63,203 nucleotides of DNA, filler included, from Octopus bimaculoides (GCF_001194135.2; 6 parts of 5 records of this genome joined end to end with filler, not necessarily neighbours in it); one strand, 5' to 3'. Numbered from the whole stretch's first letter, positions 37,984-51,869 are shown. The notes: generated from the sequence alone by a model not told the origin. Made by a program: numbers and translations.

Positions 37984-39790
37984 TATATATATATATACAC
38001 ACATATATATATGTATACACAGACACACACACATATATATATAAATAAATATACCTAGTATTTCTGCCGTTCTAATGACCACTTGGCATTGAAAAAATTA
38101 TCATTTATATCATAGAATACATATTTTCGACGCTTCTAATAAAAGAAAAATATTTCTGTTTCCACACACACACACACATTTGCTAGTAAGCCACGTCTGG
38201 TGCCTTAAAGATAACAGCACGATCTCACAAGTGGAGGATTGTAGAGCAGACAGGAGCCTATGTTGATGAGATCAGATGCTTCAAGCTTTGTATAGCAGAG
38301 TAAAATCGTCAGACTCCTTAGAACCAGCTTTGTTATTAAATTCTCACCAACTACTGCTCCCATTTTAGACGCTACATGCTGCAGGCATGGGTTCCCCCAT
38401 TCATCTATTAGAACCGGAAATAATCGTTACGGGCTAGAAACAACCCAATGACTTCCCCATTCGCCTTTTTTAACCCATACAGACTGCCAACAGGACTTGT
38501 CTAAGGGAAATAACTAGTCCTCGCCGACCCACAACCTCTATTATTTTGCTTATTTTTTATGTTTACTAATTAACTGACCGTAATGATTTTCTACCTCCTG
38601 TCTGAAGAGGTATATTCTCTTCCTTAGGGTTATTACGGTCAGATGATCCGTTTGTAAGGCGAAGAGCCTTATCGATGCAAAATCATTGATCACCCCCTAC
38701 TCCAAGGCATAAGTCCAGGCTGGGTGGTTTATAAATGACCAGCAGTCACCCATGCATACCATCCTCCCCAAAAGTAAGTCAAAGACCAAAACAGCTTGGC
38801 ACCAGTGATGTCACAACTCATTTCTACAGCTGAGTGAACTGGAGAAATGTGAAATAAAGTGTCTTGCTCAAGAACATAACACAGGCTGGTCTTTGTTCAA
38901 TGAGTTTAGTGCACCAGAAAAAAAAAAAAAGAAAAAGTGGATTTGAACCTGGCTTAATTTCATTTACCATCACCAACATTGAAAATGACAGCAACTAAAA
39001 TCGATCAAACACCAGGTTTTAATTGATGAAGTTCATGTTAAAGGGTCCTACAGAATCTGATTCCCAGAACTGAAACTTCTGAAGAAAGCCACAAAAGAAA
39101 TGCCATGACTCAAGGGGTCTGTGGTTAACAAGAGAACCCAGATGGAAACCTTGTGCAGTGGTGACTAATTCACTCCTCACTGCCCTACTCAGGTGAATCC
39201 CATAGGCTGAGAGGAGAAATGCTTGTGACCTCAAGATAAAGAACGATTTCTAATAGTGCCCAATCTTTAGGTAACTCCTGCAATTTCAGCTTAAGGTACC
39301 CAAAAGTAACCAGAAACGTTCTCTATCGGACAGACTTGTTGTATTTCAGGCTTCCATTGTTAGAAGCCAGTTGGTGCGTCCCTCAGACATTAGTCTGCTG
39401 ACTGGCCACATCGAGTGAAGTCCTACTGCCATGTGGTGTGCCTTTGTTTTGCAGTACTTCTCCCCTGTTTGTTGAAATTCTGTTTCCTGGAGAAAACAGT
39501 TTTTGGAGGGTGTTGAAAGAATAAGGATGTGGTAGGAGAGATAAGGGGAAGGAAACTGTAGAAGAGGCAAACCAAGGAAGGGATTGAAAAAAAGTGGTGG
39601 GAATTGATCTTGGGCTGTTGATCCTTAGACAAGAGGTGACTAAAGCCCCCTAACTAGTAGTGATATTGTGACAAAGACCTAACCAAATCAGACGTATATG
39701 GAAAAACAGATGATGATGATGGGAGAGTAATTATTACTTATGTGTGTGTGTGTGTGTGTATATACCCATGCACAAACACAAACAAATATA

Positions 39791-40107
39791 TGAAGTCTGA
39801 CCCAAAAGTATCAAAACAGGACATGCAATAAAAAAGAAAACGTCAACCCATACCAATTCCATATTTAATCTCCTTCCAAGTTATCCCCTTTTGAAGCCCT
39901 ACTATACTTTACCAAACATCATTTCCCCTTGATGGAACCATTCCTGCAACTCCTCTTCCAAACAATGCAATAAAACAAAGGAAGTGACCAAGAATGCTGC
40001 AGCTTAGAATGCAGGGGGGGGGGTCAAACTGTGCCAAGTGGCCCCACTTTACATACTTCAGTTCTGTTACCATGGCAACGGTCCCAATGCTTTTTGACCA
40101 AATCTCG
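39791..40107. mobile_element. Internally deleted mariner-like element, flanked by TA
   Basis: Diverged inverted termini TGAAGTCTGACCCAAAAGTATC and CGAGATTTGGTCAAAAAGCATT (differences mostly transitions). The interior resembles a mariner C-terminus on the - strand. Confidence 0.45.
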
Positions 40108-41172
40108 TATGTGTATCATCGCCTTCATCGTTTCTTTAATGTCCATCTTCATGCTTTGTTGCATTGGACAGATTGACAGCATCCAAAGGCTGCGATAACT
40201 GCATCCTACTAAAACGTAGGTTTTAGGATGGTTTCCAGAGCTGAACAGCCTTCCTAATGCCAACCACTTCAGAAAGTGTACTGAGTGCTTATTTTCATGA
40301 CACCAGCCCCTTAACCTGGAGTAGGGNNNNNNNNNNNNNNNNNNNNNNNNNNNNNNNNNNNNNNNNNNNNNNNNNNNNNNNNNNNNNNNNNNNNNNNNNN
40401 NNNNNNNNNNNNNNNNNNNNNNNNNNNNNNNNNNNNNNNNNNNNNNNNNNNNNNNNNNNNNNNNNNNNNNNNNNNNNNNNNNNNNNNNNNNNNNNNNNNN
40501 NNNNNNNNNNNNNNNNNNNNNNNNNNNNNNNNNNNNNNNNNNNNNNNNNNNNNNNNNNNNNNNNNNNNNNNNNNNNNNNNNNNNNNNNNNNNNNNNNNNN
40601 NNNNNNNNNNNNNNNNNNNNNNNNNNNNNNNNNNNNNNNNNNNNNNNNNNNNNNNNNNNNNNNNNNNNNNNNNNNNNNNNNNNNNNNNNNNNNNNNNNNN
40701 NNNNNNNNNNNNNNNNNNNNNNNNNNNNNNNNNNNNNNNNNNNNNNNNNNNNNNNNNNNNNNNNNNTTGTAAAAGGGAAAATGATTCAAAAATGAAGCTT
40801 GAAGTTGATAGAATTTTTATTTGATGGTTGATAACTGTCTGTGGATGGTTCAGACGAAACAACGCCTTCAGCTGCTACAGTCTTTCCTATCATCACCAAA
40901 CTTGTCATCACAAGTCTTTCCTGTTATCACTCATCTTTACTGCTGTCACCACACTTGTCATCATTAGACTTCACTGTCATCACCACACTTATCATTACAA
41001 TCTTTATCGCGACAGTGGCTAAACCGTCAGCATTATCACCATAACTGCTGTCGTTATAATTGTCATCATCATCATCATCATCATAGCCAAATGCACTGAC
41101 GGTTTGTATGACATCATAAACAGATGACCACCACCAACAAAATCTGACAATCCCTCTACCCAAAATTTCTCC

Positions 41173-41428
41173 TCAGTTCTTCTTCTTTCTCTGTCTTCGC
41201 TTGGTGTTACGACCAGCTGTAGCAATGGTGGTGGTGGTTGAGCTTGATGTTGGAGGGTATGAAGTTGATGAGGGTGGGGTGAAGAAAGACCCCGCACCAC
41301 TGCTACCACCATCACCACCACTACTGGTGTTATACCTGTTGTTGTTGTTGAAGTGTGGAGGGCCAGAACCATTGGATTGTCGACTCATGTTGAGGAGGTC
41401 ATGAATGAAGTCATCCACTTCACTTTCC
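41173..41428 (-). CDS. Terminal coding exon (phase 2 start): ESEVDDFIHDLLNMSRQSNGSGPPHFNNNNRYNTSSGGDGGSSGAGSFFTPPSSTSYPPTSSSTTTTIATAGRNTKRRQRKKKN*
   Basis: Strong acceptor tttatttatttttgcag on the - strand, open frame to TGA at 41173, basic C-terminal tail, AATAAA on the - strand at 40816-40821. Confidence 0.7.
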
Positions 41429-41744
41429 CTGCAAAAATAAATAAATCACATTATTACATATATACACAAGGAAGACAGATGTTAACTCATGATGAAGATG
41501 ATGATGATGATGATGATGATAATGAAGAGGATGAAGAAGATATATGTACGTATCCACACACACACAACATTTTGAACAACCATCACCATTATCATTAAAT
41601 GTCTTGAGCAAGAATCTCTACTTTACCCAGTCCAGAAATATTTTGTCTTGTTCGTTGTTGACTCAATCCTATAAGAGATTCGATGTGCATTTGACTTCAT
41701 ATGTTTGAACAATTTCTTCTGAAAATGCAAACAAATCAACAAAT

Positions 41745-41769
<25 letters not shown>

Positions 41770-41788
<19 letters not shown>

Positions 41789-42235
41789 CCTTTCTAGTGG
41801 AAGCACAAGGCCTCAAATTTGGGGAAAGGGATTAAGTCGATTACATAGAGCCAAGTGCATAACTGGTACTTATTTAATCAACCCCCAAAAGGATGAAAGG
41901 CAAAGTCGACCTCGCTGGAGTTTGAACTCAGAATGTAGTGGCAGATGAAATACTAAGAATTTCGTCCAGCATGCTAATGATTCTGGCAGCTTGCCACCAT
42001 AATGGTAAGGATAATAATCTTTTCTACTCTAGGTACAAGGCCCAAAATTTTGGAGGAGGGAGTCAGTCGATTACATCGACCTCAGTATGTAACTGGTACT
42101 TAATTTATCAACCCTGAAAGGATGAAAGGCAAAGTTAACCTCAGTGGAATTTGAACTCAGAACATAAAGACGGACAAAAGGCTGCAAAGCATTTTGTCGG
42201 CCACGCTAATAATTCTGCTCGCTTGCTGCCTTTCC
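41770..42235 (-). mobile_element. Two tandem SINEs of family D (head AAGGCGGCGAGCTGGCAGAA)
   Basis: Same family as 11937-12152, 50490-50680 and 55820-56033. Confidence 0.8.
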
Positions 42236-42769
42236 TAATGATATTATTAATTAAATCAAACAAAATGAAAACAATCACTTACTGAAATAAATATTATATA
42301 TATATTTACAACACCATAAGCTATGCAGTGCAGTATGCTATGTAACAAAATCTTATGTAACACAGCATACTTTATGTCCTGAGTTCAAATTACCATTTCA
42401 CCGTTTCAGGGTTGGTGTAACCAACTATAGCCCTTCCCCACAAATTTCAGCCCTTGTACCTACAGTAGAAAGGATTAATAATAACATTAGGGGAATATGA
42501 CCTTTGTTTTACTCACTAACCCTTAGGGAAACTGCTCCACCATGTAATCCGAGAGAGAAATGTATTTGAATGAATTTATTCAAGAAGCAACATTACAGCT
42601 GTTTCGATGCAGCCTTGATATTAAATCTGATGAATATTCTATAGGCATAGCTATGGGTTCAATAGGCTCCATACAGTAGAAATACTTCCTTCATTATACA
42701 TCATTACATAAAACATCTCCGCATGGAAAACAAATATCGTGGAGATATTTTTGGACAGCTGATGAAATT

Positions 42770-43360
42770 GAGTCTGTCATCTAAGTTTAATTATCTTGGC
42801 AGCTGTATTTCTAATGAGAATGATACAGAAGTTCAAGTCACGACCAGAATAAGTAAAGCAAAGTCAGTATTCCAACACCTTTGTCCAATATGGAGAACAA
42901 AAACCATCAGGAGAAAGATGAAGCTGTAGCTATACTCATCTGTTGCTATACAGATAGCCATCTATGCCTGTGAAATGAAGAAGGAGACGGCAAAGATCTC
43001 TTGTTTGCTGGACATATTCCATTACTGCTGCCTACATTCAGCCCTGAGCATCTCTTACCAGGCCAGAGTGAGAAGGAGAACTGACATGAGAAGTTTGCAG
43101 GACATGGTGACCAAGTGGCAGACACAGTTTTATGGCCGTGTGCTTCAATTATCACAGGAGGGACAAGCTACCATTGTGATGGCGTGGATGCCAGAAATTT
43201 GAAAAAGAGCAAGGGGGAAGATGCGGTACAGTATGTTCAGGGATAACATGATAGCAATGGGAATTGGCTTGAATGGAGCCCAGAGGAAGGCAAGCAATAG
43301 GAATGTTTGGAGAAGGCTTGTTGTCTGTTCTACTGACAGCACTGGAGGATCTGAGAGCAA
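42770..43360 (+). mobile_element. Decayed RTE-clade LINE, 3' region
   Basis: FNYLGSCISNENDTEVQVTTRISKAKSVFQHLCPIWR matches the FxYLGS...RIxKA...W motif; stops downstream. Confidence 0.75.
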
Positions 43361-43938
43361 AAAGAAATGATGAGGAAGATTATATTAGTGACAAGCTTAA
43401 AAGCTGCACTCCATGCAGACTTTTAGGTTAGCTCTTGATGAGAGCTAATTGGATGCTATAATGACCATATGCCCCAGTGATGTTTGATCAGAGGTTAAGG
43501 ATGGAAGAAAATTAATTCCTTAATATAATCATTCTATCATTCCAGTACCAATTTGAATTCCAACTGTTGGCCAGTTTGTCTCAAAGTTCTTATCTTGACA
43601 TAAAACTAACGAAGCAAATGTCATTTATCTACTTTTTATCTATGATGTCATCTGACAAACACCAACCAAGATGGTGTGAATCAGCCTAGCTTTACCTGTT
43701 AGAAACAGCAAGCCAAATACTTTAAAATCAGATCCCAATGCTGGATGACCAAATGAAGGGCAGATTTTCAATCCAAGGATCATCCTGATTCCAAAAAGGT
43801 ATAAAATGTCTATACAGAGAAACTGTAGACTGAGATACAGGGGTATGATATCCCAGTTTTTGTATGATTGTTGCTACCCTGATAACTGTTAACATATTTA
43901 CATTATCGAAGTTTTTTCAACCAAGATAATATTAATAT

Positions 43939-44038
43939 NNNNNNNNNNNNNNNNNNNNNNNNNNNNNNNNNNNNNNNNNNNNTTAATTAATTAANNNNNN
44001 NNNNNNNNNNNNNNNNNNNNNNNNNNNNNNNNNNNNNN
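43939..44038. other. Artificial scaffold-join spacer
   Basis: N-run, TTAATTAATTAA at 43983-43994, N-run. Confidence 0.95.
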
Positions 44039-44347
44039 CAGATTTATCATCGCATTGTCTCTCTACTACCTCTGTCAAATGAATCACCAAAATTAGCCTT
44101 TCATTATTTATAATCTGTACCTGTTTCTTTGGTTACGAAATAAAATACACAAAACGTGTTTCTGAATTACGTGTATTTACTTTATATACATATGAGTTGA
44201 AAACTTTCTTCTAGCATTCCACTTATTATCTATGTTCCATGCTGGCATGGATTGGAGAGTTATTAATGTAGAAATATGGTATCGTAGCTACTAACAGTTG
44301 AGGGTTGCTAGTCTAGACGGCGTTTTTAGATTTCATTATTCTCTTTA

Positions 44348-44376
44348 ACCCGGGCAACGCCGGGTATTTCTGCTAG
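44348..44376 (+). mobile_element. Helitron-type 3' terminus
   Basis: GC-rich hairpin ACCCGG-gcaacg-CCGGGT followed by ATTTCTG-CTAG and then T, the standard Helitron 3' signature. The 5' end was not located. Confidence 0.6.
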
Positions 44377-44482
44377 TATATTAATAAATATCAGGGTAAT
44401 AAAAATTTTAGAATTTTTTTTATGACCAGTGGCCTAGCATGTAGAAAACTAGTCAATAGATTATATATTATTCATATAATTA

Positions 44483-44988
44483 TAGTGTATATTTAAACAC
44501 ATAAGAGGTGACCATCATAGGACACCTAGCATGCTAGAAGTAATAGCCAAAATCCAAGCCTCTATTAGGGACAAATCTCGAAAGGAATGAAAAATAAAAA
44601 CATTTACCATTTATCTCCTGGACCATGGTTTCTAGCTCTATATTAACAAATAAAATAATTTGCCAGGCGGTGCCTTCGTCAACAAGTGCACCAAGATTAA
44701 ACATATAACTACGAGGCAATCCAGCATGTGCCTCGTGCTTATATATTATAGTTTTTCAAATCCACTTCATATTTATATGTTTAATCTTGGTGTAACTGTT
44801 GATGATGGTTCCGCTTAGCAAATTATTTTATTTGCTGATATAGAGCTAGAAACCATTGTCCAAGAGATAGATGGTATTTTTCATTCCTTTCCAGATTTGA
44901 CCCTAATAGTGGTTTGGATTTTGGCTATTCCTTCTAGCATGCTAGATGTCCTATGATGGTCACCTCTTATGTGTTTAGATGTACACTG
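44483..44988. mobile_element. 506-bp foldback MITE, Tc1/mariner-like, TA target duplication
   Basis: Inverted arms of about 225 bp (44483 to about 44708; about 44773 to 44988). Termini TA|TAGTGTA...TACACTG|TA. Confidence 0.85.
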
Positions 44989-45386
44989 TATTTATATATG
45001 TGTATATATATATATATATATNNNNNNNNNNNNNNNNNNNNNNNNNNNNNNNNNNNNNNNNNNNNNNNNNNNNNNNNNNNNNNNNNNNNNNNNNNNNNNN
45101 NNNNNNNNNNNNNNNNNNNNNNNNNNNNNNNNNNNNNNNNNNNNNNNNNNNNNNNNNNNNNNNNNNNNNNNNNNNNNNNNNNNNNNNNNNNNNNNNNNNN
45201 NNNNNNNNNNNNNNNNNNNNNNNNNNNNNNNNNNNNNNNNNNNNNNNNNNNNTATATTTATTTATATATATATATACACACTTATTTTGTATTTCATGTA
45301 CTTTATATTTTAATCTGTCTAATTTGCTTATCTCCACATTTGCTTATATATATATATGTGTGTGTGTGTGTATGTGTGTGTGTGTA

Positions 45387-45429
<43 letters not shown>

Positions 45430-46432
45430 TCTTTTCTCTCTATTTACATATATGTATATGTACGTATATATTGTATATCTTAGCGAAACGGTTTCATTCG
45501 TTTATCTGCATTATTTTCTCTATATGTGTGTGTGCGCGAGTGTCTGTTTGTGTGTTTGTTCGTGTGTGTGTATGTGTGAGTGTATGTGTGCGTTCATACA
45601 AAAAAAAAGGTAATATATAAAACATCAAAAATATATATATATATAGCTACGGTAATTCAGATCTCAACTAATAACAGAGCGTTGTAACAGAGCAGTAAAC
45701 CCGATGGATTCTTACGTGTGCGTCTGTGTGTGTTTGTGTGTGATTGTTTGTATGCACGTATCCAAACAGACACGCATCGTCGGTGATTGTTTGTATCATT
45801 GGCCTTTATGTCAAATATGCAACTTAGCAATTTAGCGATTCGACACAGAATATTAAGGGATTGAACAAAAATAAATAAGTAAGTAAACACATATAGCAAC
45901 TGGTTCGATACTATCAACTAAAATCTTTGCTGGCCGTACCCCAGCTTGGCCGCTGCCCAATTACTGAAACCAGTAAAAGAGTAGCAGTGAATACTGATAT
46001 TTACAAAATCTGTTTTACTTTCTAAGGTGTTTTATAAAGCTGAAAGGGGTCACGTGAACTGACATACTCTAAAAATAAAATGGCTGACATATTATCGGTA
46101 GCAGAATGATGTACAGACATATTGACATTGATAGGATTAGAAATCCGTGACCTCTGGATCATTGGGGTCAACAGTGGACGACGAGCAAGTAATTGTTTCG
46201 CTTGTTACATCAGAAGTTTGTCTCAAGTTTAAATATCATACAGTGATCTGCGCGCTATTGAAATTCGCTGAATAGGGAAAGGACGTAAAAGGTTGTTTGT
46301 AGTCAAACAGTGATGCAATTTAAGGCGGATTGGTTTTTAGTTTTGACTACAGAATGGAGGAGACAGATGGTCTCTCTGATAAAATCGACATCAAGTAGAT
46401 TGATAAAGCGAATGAAAGGGAAGAGAAATAAG

Positions 46433-46483
<51 letters not shown>

Positions 46484-46644
46484 AGAGAGAGGGGTAGACA
46501 GTGGGTGAGAGTGAAGGAAAGAGTGAAACAGAGAAAGAGAGAGTGTGTATGGCTGGTTGAATCGATGAATATATATGCATATGTAAATATATATATATGC
46601 ATATATATATATAGAGAGAGAGAGACTGAAAGGGAGAAAGAGAA

Positions 46645-46705
<61 letters not shown>

Positions 46706-47024
46706 CAGATNNNNNNNNNNNNNNNNNNNNNNNNNNNNNNNNNNNNNNNNNNNNNNNNNNNNNNNNNNNNNNNNNNNNNNNNNNNNNNNNNNNNNNNNNN
46801 NNNNNNNNNNNNNNNNNNNNNNNNNNNNNNNNNNNNNNNNNNNNNNNNNNNNNNNNNNNNNNNNNNNNNNNNNNNNNNNNNNNNNNNNNNNNNNNNNNNN
46901 NNNNNNNNNNNNNNNNNNNNNNNNNNNNNNNNNNNNNNNNNNNNNNNNNNNNNNNNNNNNNNNNNNNNNNNNNNNNNNNNNNNNNNNNNNNNNNNNNNNN
47001 NNNNNNNNNNNNNNNNNNNNNNNN

Positions 47025-47058
<34 letters not shown>

Positions 47059-47675
47059 CAAAGAATATATATACATGTATACACACATATATGTACATAC
47101 TTACATCTACATGTGCATATATATGCATATCAGGGTACATATATATATATGCATATGCATGTATATATATATATATACATGTAGTATAAACATAAAGCTA
47201 CAGGAAATAGATAGATTGATAGATAGGGAGATAAATGAATTATGTAATATTTATATGGATGCGTTCATCCTGAGTCGCCGAAGAATATATTTCTAGAGCA
47301 GTATATTGCTTAACGCACACAACCTAACACACATAACTACACGTATATCAACGTGGGTGAGTGTGTGTTGTGTGTGTATATGTGTGTGTGTTGCGCGTAT
47401 GTGTGTGTGTGCGTGTACACTTGTAAGTATAATTGCACGTGAGCGTGTGTATGCGTGTGGAGACAGAGAGACAGACAGGAAGAGATGCAGAGAGAGAAAT
47501 CGAAAGGGATGATAAACTTGTAGTCAGTGACAAAATGTTGATGAATGGAGATATTTCTATTCAACACACCATTCTGTTTCTCTCTCTTTATCACTCTCTC
47601 ACACACACACTTTCTCTCTCTCTTTATATACACATACATACGTACATACATATATATACATACATACATATATGA

Positions 47676-47712
<37 letters not shown>

Positions 47713-47790
47713 CCATATAGGTGTTTGCATGTGTTAGTTTAATCTTGGGTAATATATCTACTGATAAACATAGATATAACTATTTGTAAT

Positions 47791-47826
<36 letters not shown>

Positions 47827-48191
47827 NNNNNNNNNNNNNNNNNNNNNNNNNNNNNNNNNNNNNNNNNNNNNNNNNNNNNNNNNNNNNNNNNNNNNNNNNN
47901 NNNNNNNNNNNNNNNNNNNNNNNNNNNNNNNNNNNNNNNNNNNNNNNNNNNNNNNNNNNNNNNNNNNNNNNNNNNNNNNNNNNNNNNNNNNNNNNNNNNN
48001 NNNNNNNNNNNNNNNNNNNNNNATATATACATACCTGTATGTCCACGTGAACTGTGTGCAGATATACATATTGATAAATGGACGTGTTACAGTATTCGCA
48101 GTCTGTTGTAAATCAAGAATTACCAAAGAAGAACCAATATTTGCGAAGCATGTGTGTTTGTTTTCCACATAGTCTCACTTTAACTTTGTCT

Positions 48192-48237
<46 letters not shown>

Positions 48238-48421
48238 ACGTGGACAAACTTATTGTGTAGTGCATACAGGCTGCTGTGAGTGATTTATAGATTGAATGGA
48301 AGCATATTGAACACTTAACTGTAACCAATAACATGTCCTACTGAAGAATTTGGAGACTGTTTTAGAAGATTTCGTGTTGCACCTCTCTTTACACCCTTTT
48401 CTTTCTCTCTCTTTCGCTCTT

Positions 48422-48469
<48 letters not shown>

Positions 48470-48944
48470 CATTTCTCTCTCTCGCCTCCACTCTCCAACT
48501 CACAATATCATACTTGGTCATATATAATACTGATATACATACACACACACACACATATGGACAGATAGATAGATAGATAGATAGATATATAGATAGAGGG
48601 TCAGACAGACACAGAGAGAGAGAGCGAAAAGGAGAAGCGTAAATATGAATGTGTATATGCATAAATATACATATGTATACATACAATTACACAAGGACGC
48701 ACGCACAAGAATATATTAATATATGTACTTATACATGCATACATATATATTTATGCATGCATGAAGATATATATATAGGGGTAGAAAGAGATAAAAGCAT
48801 CCTGTCCAATACCCACTCTTGTTAGAAGTGTCTTTATAATCGACCACACCATAAGGTCGATTGAGCGAACTATTTACGTCCCACGATTGTGATCATGTTT
48901 ACTAGCATATGACAAACATTTACATATCCGTATCTATGTATAAG

Positions 48945-48983
<39 letters not shown>

Positions 48984-49881
48984 NNNNNNNNNNNNNNNNN
49001 NNNNNNNNNNNNNNNNNNNNNNNNNNNNNNNNNNNNNNNNNNNNNNNNNNNNNNNNNNNNNNNNNNNNNNNNNNNNNNNNNNNNNNNNNNNNNNNNNNNN
49101 NNNNNNNNNNNNNNNNNNNNNNNNNNNNNNNNNNNNNNNNNNNNNNNNNNNNNNNNNNNNNNNNNNNNNNNNNNNNNNNNNNNNNNNNNNNNNNNNNNNN
49201 NNNNNNNNNNNNNNNNNNNNNNNNNNNNNNNNNNNNNNNNNNNNNNNNNNNNNNNNNNNNNNNNNNNNNNNNNNNNNNNNNNNNNNNNNNNNNNNNNNNN
49301 NNNNNNNNNNNNNNNNNNNNNNNNNNNNNNNNNNNNNNNNNNNNNNNNNNNNNNNNNNNNNNNNNNNNNNNNNNNNNNNNNNNNNNNNNNNNNNNNNNNN
49401 NNNNNNNNNNNNNNNNNNNNNNNNNNNNNNNNNNNNNNNNNNNNNNNNNNNNNNNNNNNNNNNNNNNNNNNNNNNNNNNNNNNNNNNNNNNNNNNNNNNN
49501 NNNNNNNNCCCCCCCCCCCGATATATCCTTTGTTTACGTCTCCTGAACAGAGGAAAAAATAGTGCTTTTACTCTATGAACAGGGTAATAATACATTGTGT
49601 TATGCAAGCAAAATATCTACTGTGAAAATAAAGCTAGGATAACATATTAAAGTAAATGCGGATCTTTGATTTATCCGAGACTTAAGTACTTAACTTCCTA
49701 CTGCATTCGTAAATGTATACGACTGCGCCCTCCGAATCAAACATTTCTATTTGCTTTTATGTTGCTGTGGTTTGACTTTCGAGTTTATTATTTGAGTTTA
49801 TTGTTTTTGCATGTGCAAGACAAATATTCTGCTTACGAATGTGTGCTTGTGCTCTGTGTGTGTGTGTGTGTGTGCGAGTGA

Positions 49882-49929
<48 letters not shown>

Positions 49930-50308
49930 ATGTATATGTGTGTATATACAGCTATATATGTGTATATATATATGTATATGTGTGTAGATGTATAAATATA
50001 CATACACACACACACACACATATATATATAGGTGCATAATCAATATAATTTTATTTACTATATATCACTCAATTTACAAGAATGTGTTCGCATGTAAATA
50101 AAAACGTAAACACACACACACACACACACACAAACACACACAGGCCTTGAGATCTATGAAAACCAGGAGTCCATGAAAACACGTGAAGCAAGAGTGAGTT
50201 ACAAATGATTGTAAATAAGTAAATACTCTAAGCATTTAAAAGCATAATGATGTTTAGAGTGGCGTAGTGCTTCACCGGCGATTTGTTACTCCTCACATCG
50301 ATATCCTA

Positions 50309-50349
50309 TGTCGCACTCCGAAAGCGGCACATGCTTTCGGAGTTCGACA
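50309..50349. repeat. 17-bp-stem hairpin with a 7-nt loop
   Basis: TGTCGCACTCCGAAAGC-ggcacat-GCTTTCGGAGTTCGACA; one mismatch. Confidence 0.9.
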
Positions 50350-50720
50350 CTACGTCCCTTCTTTATTCTTATTATAATGCCTAAACTCCCTATGTTTTTC
50401 AACCAACTTTAACTATGGACCCCTTTGATTCCTTCTTTAATAATGAGTGGACCCTCGTAGTCCATTCGGTGTCTAAAAAGCCCTATTTTTATAACTAAAT
50501 ATTATTAGGACTTGTTAAAACTTTGATAAGGTGGTGGGCTGGCAGAATCCTTAGCACGCTGGACGAAATGCTTAGCGGTATTTCGCCTGTCGCTCCGTTC
50601 TGAGTTCAAATTCTGCTGAAGTCGACTTTGCCTTTCATCCTTTCGGGGTCGATAAACTAAGTACCAGTGAAACACTGCAGTCCAGATCTCATTCATTCTT
50701 TTGTTGTCATACCATTCCTA

Positions 50721-50764
<44 letters not shown>

Positions 50765-51869
50765 NNNNNNNNNNNNNNNNNNNNNNNNNNNNNNNNNNNN
50801 NNNNNNNNNNNNNNNNNNNNNNNNNNNNNNAAACAGTAAAACATAATAAAATCATTGAAAAATTTTTTTAATGAAACAAAACTGATAATAAGCTGGAGAT
50901 AATGTTTATTTTTGCATACTTCCACTTTGAATTATATATGAAAAGTTTCCTCCTACATTTTTTTAATTACAAAATCTTTGATCAGATCCTTAATGTGACA
51001 CCATGAACATTTCGAAATTATATTTTCGATCATATTTTCTTCAAATATTATTTTAGCAGATTTAAAGTGATTTCTTTTGTGCCGTAAACGATTTACCATT
51101 TCTGTGGCGCCACCCTTCCCATGATGCCATAAGCACGTACTTATTTTGCTTAATGGTTAATTCAGCGCCGATGCTCGCGCCGCCTCTTTTTTAAAGGAAA
51201 GGTAGAAAAGAGAGTGCATCCAAATAATTCTTCAGTGTTCGCCATGGTATTGGACATATTCAAAACACTTCAAATTACATTTGTTATTTAATATGACAAT
51301 TGGTTTGCTTCATTTTCTATCCCCACAGAGAACAACGAAAATAGTAACGCAGACGACATTTAGCTTGCAAAAGAAAAACAAACTAAAAGAAAAAAGAAAG
51401 AAAAAAACAGATTGAAGAAGGAAAACGCGGGAGATTATAAGACAGACGGTTCTGTCAAGAAAATACGAATCACCAATCGTGTGCAACTTCATCGTTTGCG
51501 GTGGATGAAATTAGCATGCGCGAAATCTTGGTGTCCGTTCAATAATATAACTATATATACATACATACACACATAGACACATGCACTCACACACGCGAAT
51601 ACACACACACACACACACACACGCATACCCATACACACATTTAGATATATTTATGAATAGATAGATGCATACATATATATATATACGCAGATATACATAT
51701 ATACATATGTGTGTACATATATACATATATATATATTGTGTCTGGGGTGAGTCATTCTTTTTAGTGTCTTATTATTTTACACACTCACCGGTTCAATTTC
51801 CATTCATTTACTTATTTATTTTTCTAAAACTTTCGTTGCGTCTTGCACTCTTTTCAATACCAGTGTGGT

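Noticed and set aside
40840-40870. CTGTGGA...GACGAAAC hammerhead-like pattern
   Set aside because: Stem II is at most 2 bp and there is no paired stem III or cleavage triplet.
22365-41428. Nested or overlapping gene arrangement (+ RhoGEF spanning - strand genes)
   Set aside because: The exons lie on different pieces separated by artificial spacers, so nesting cannot be inferred.
48062-48151. Possible exon IYILINGRVTVFAVCCKSRITKEEPIFAKH
   Set aside because: Weak acceptor and donor, no recognisable domain and no partner exons in this piece.
48291-48320. IEWKHIE resembling a myosin motor motif
   Set aside because: The frame closes within a few codons and no other myosin motifs are nearby.
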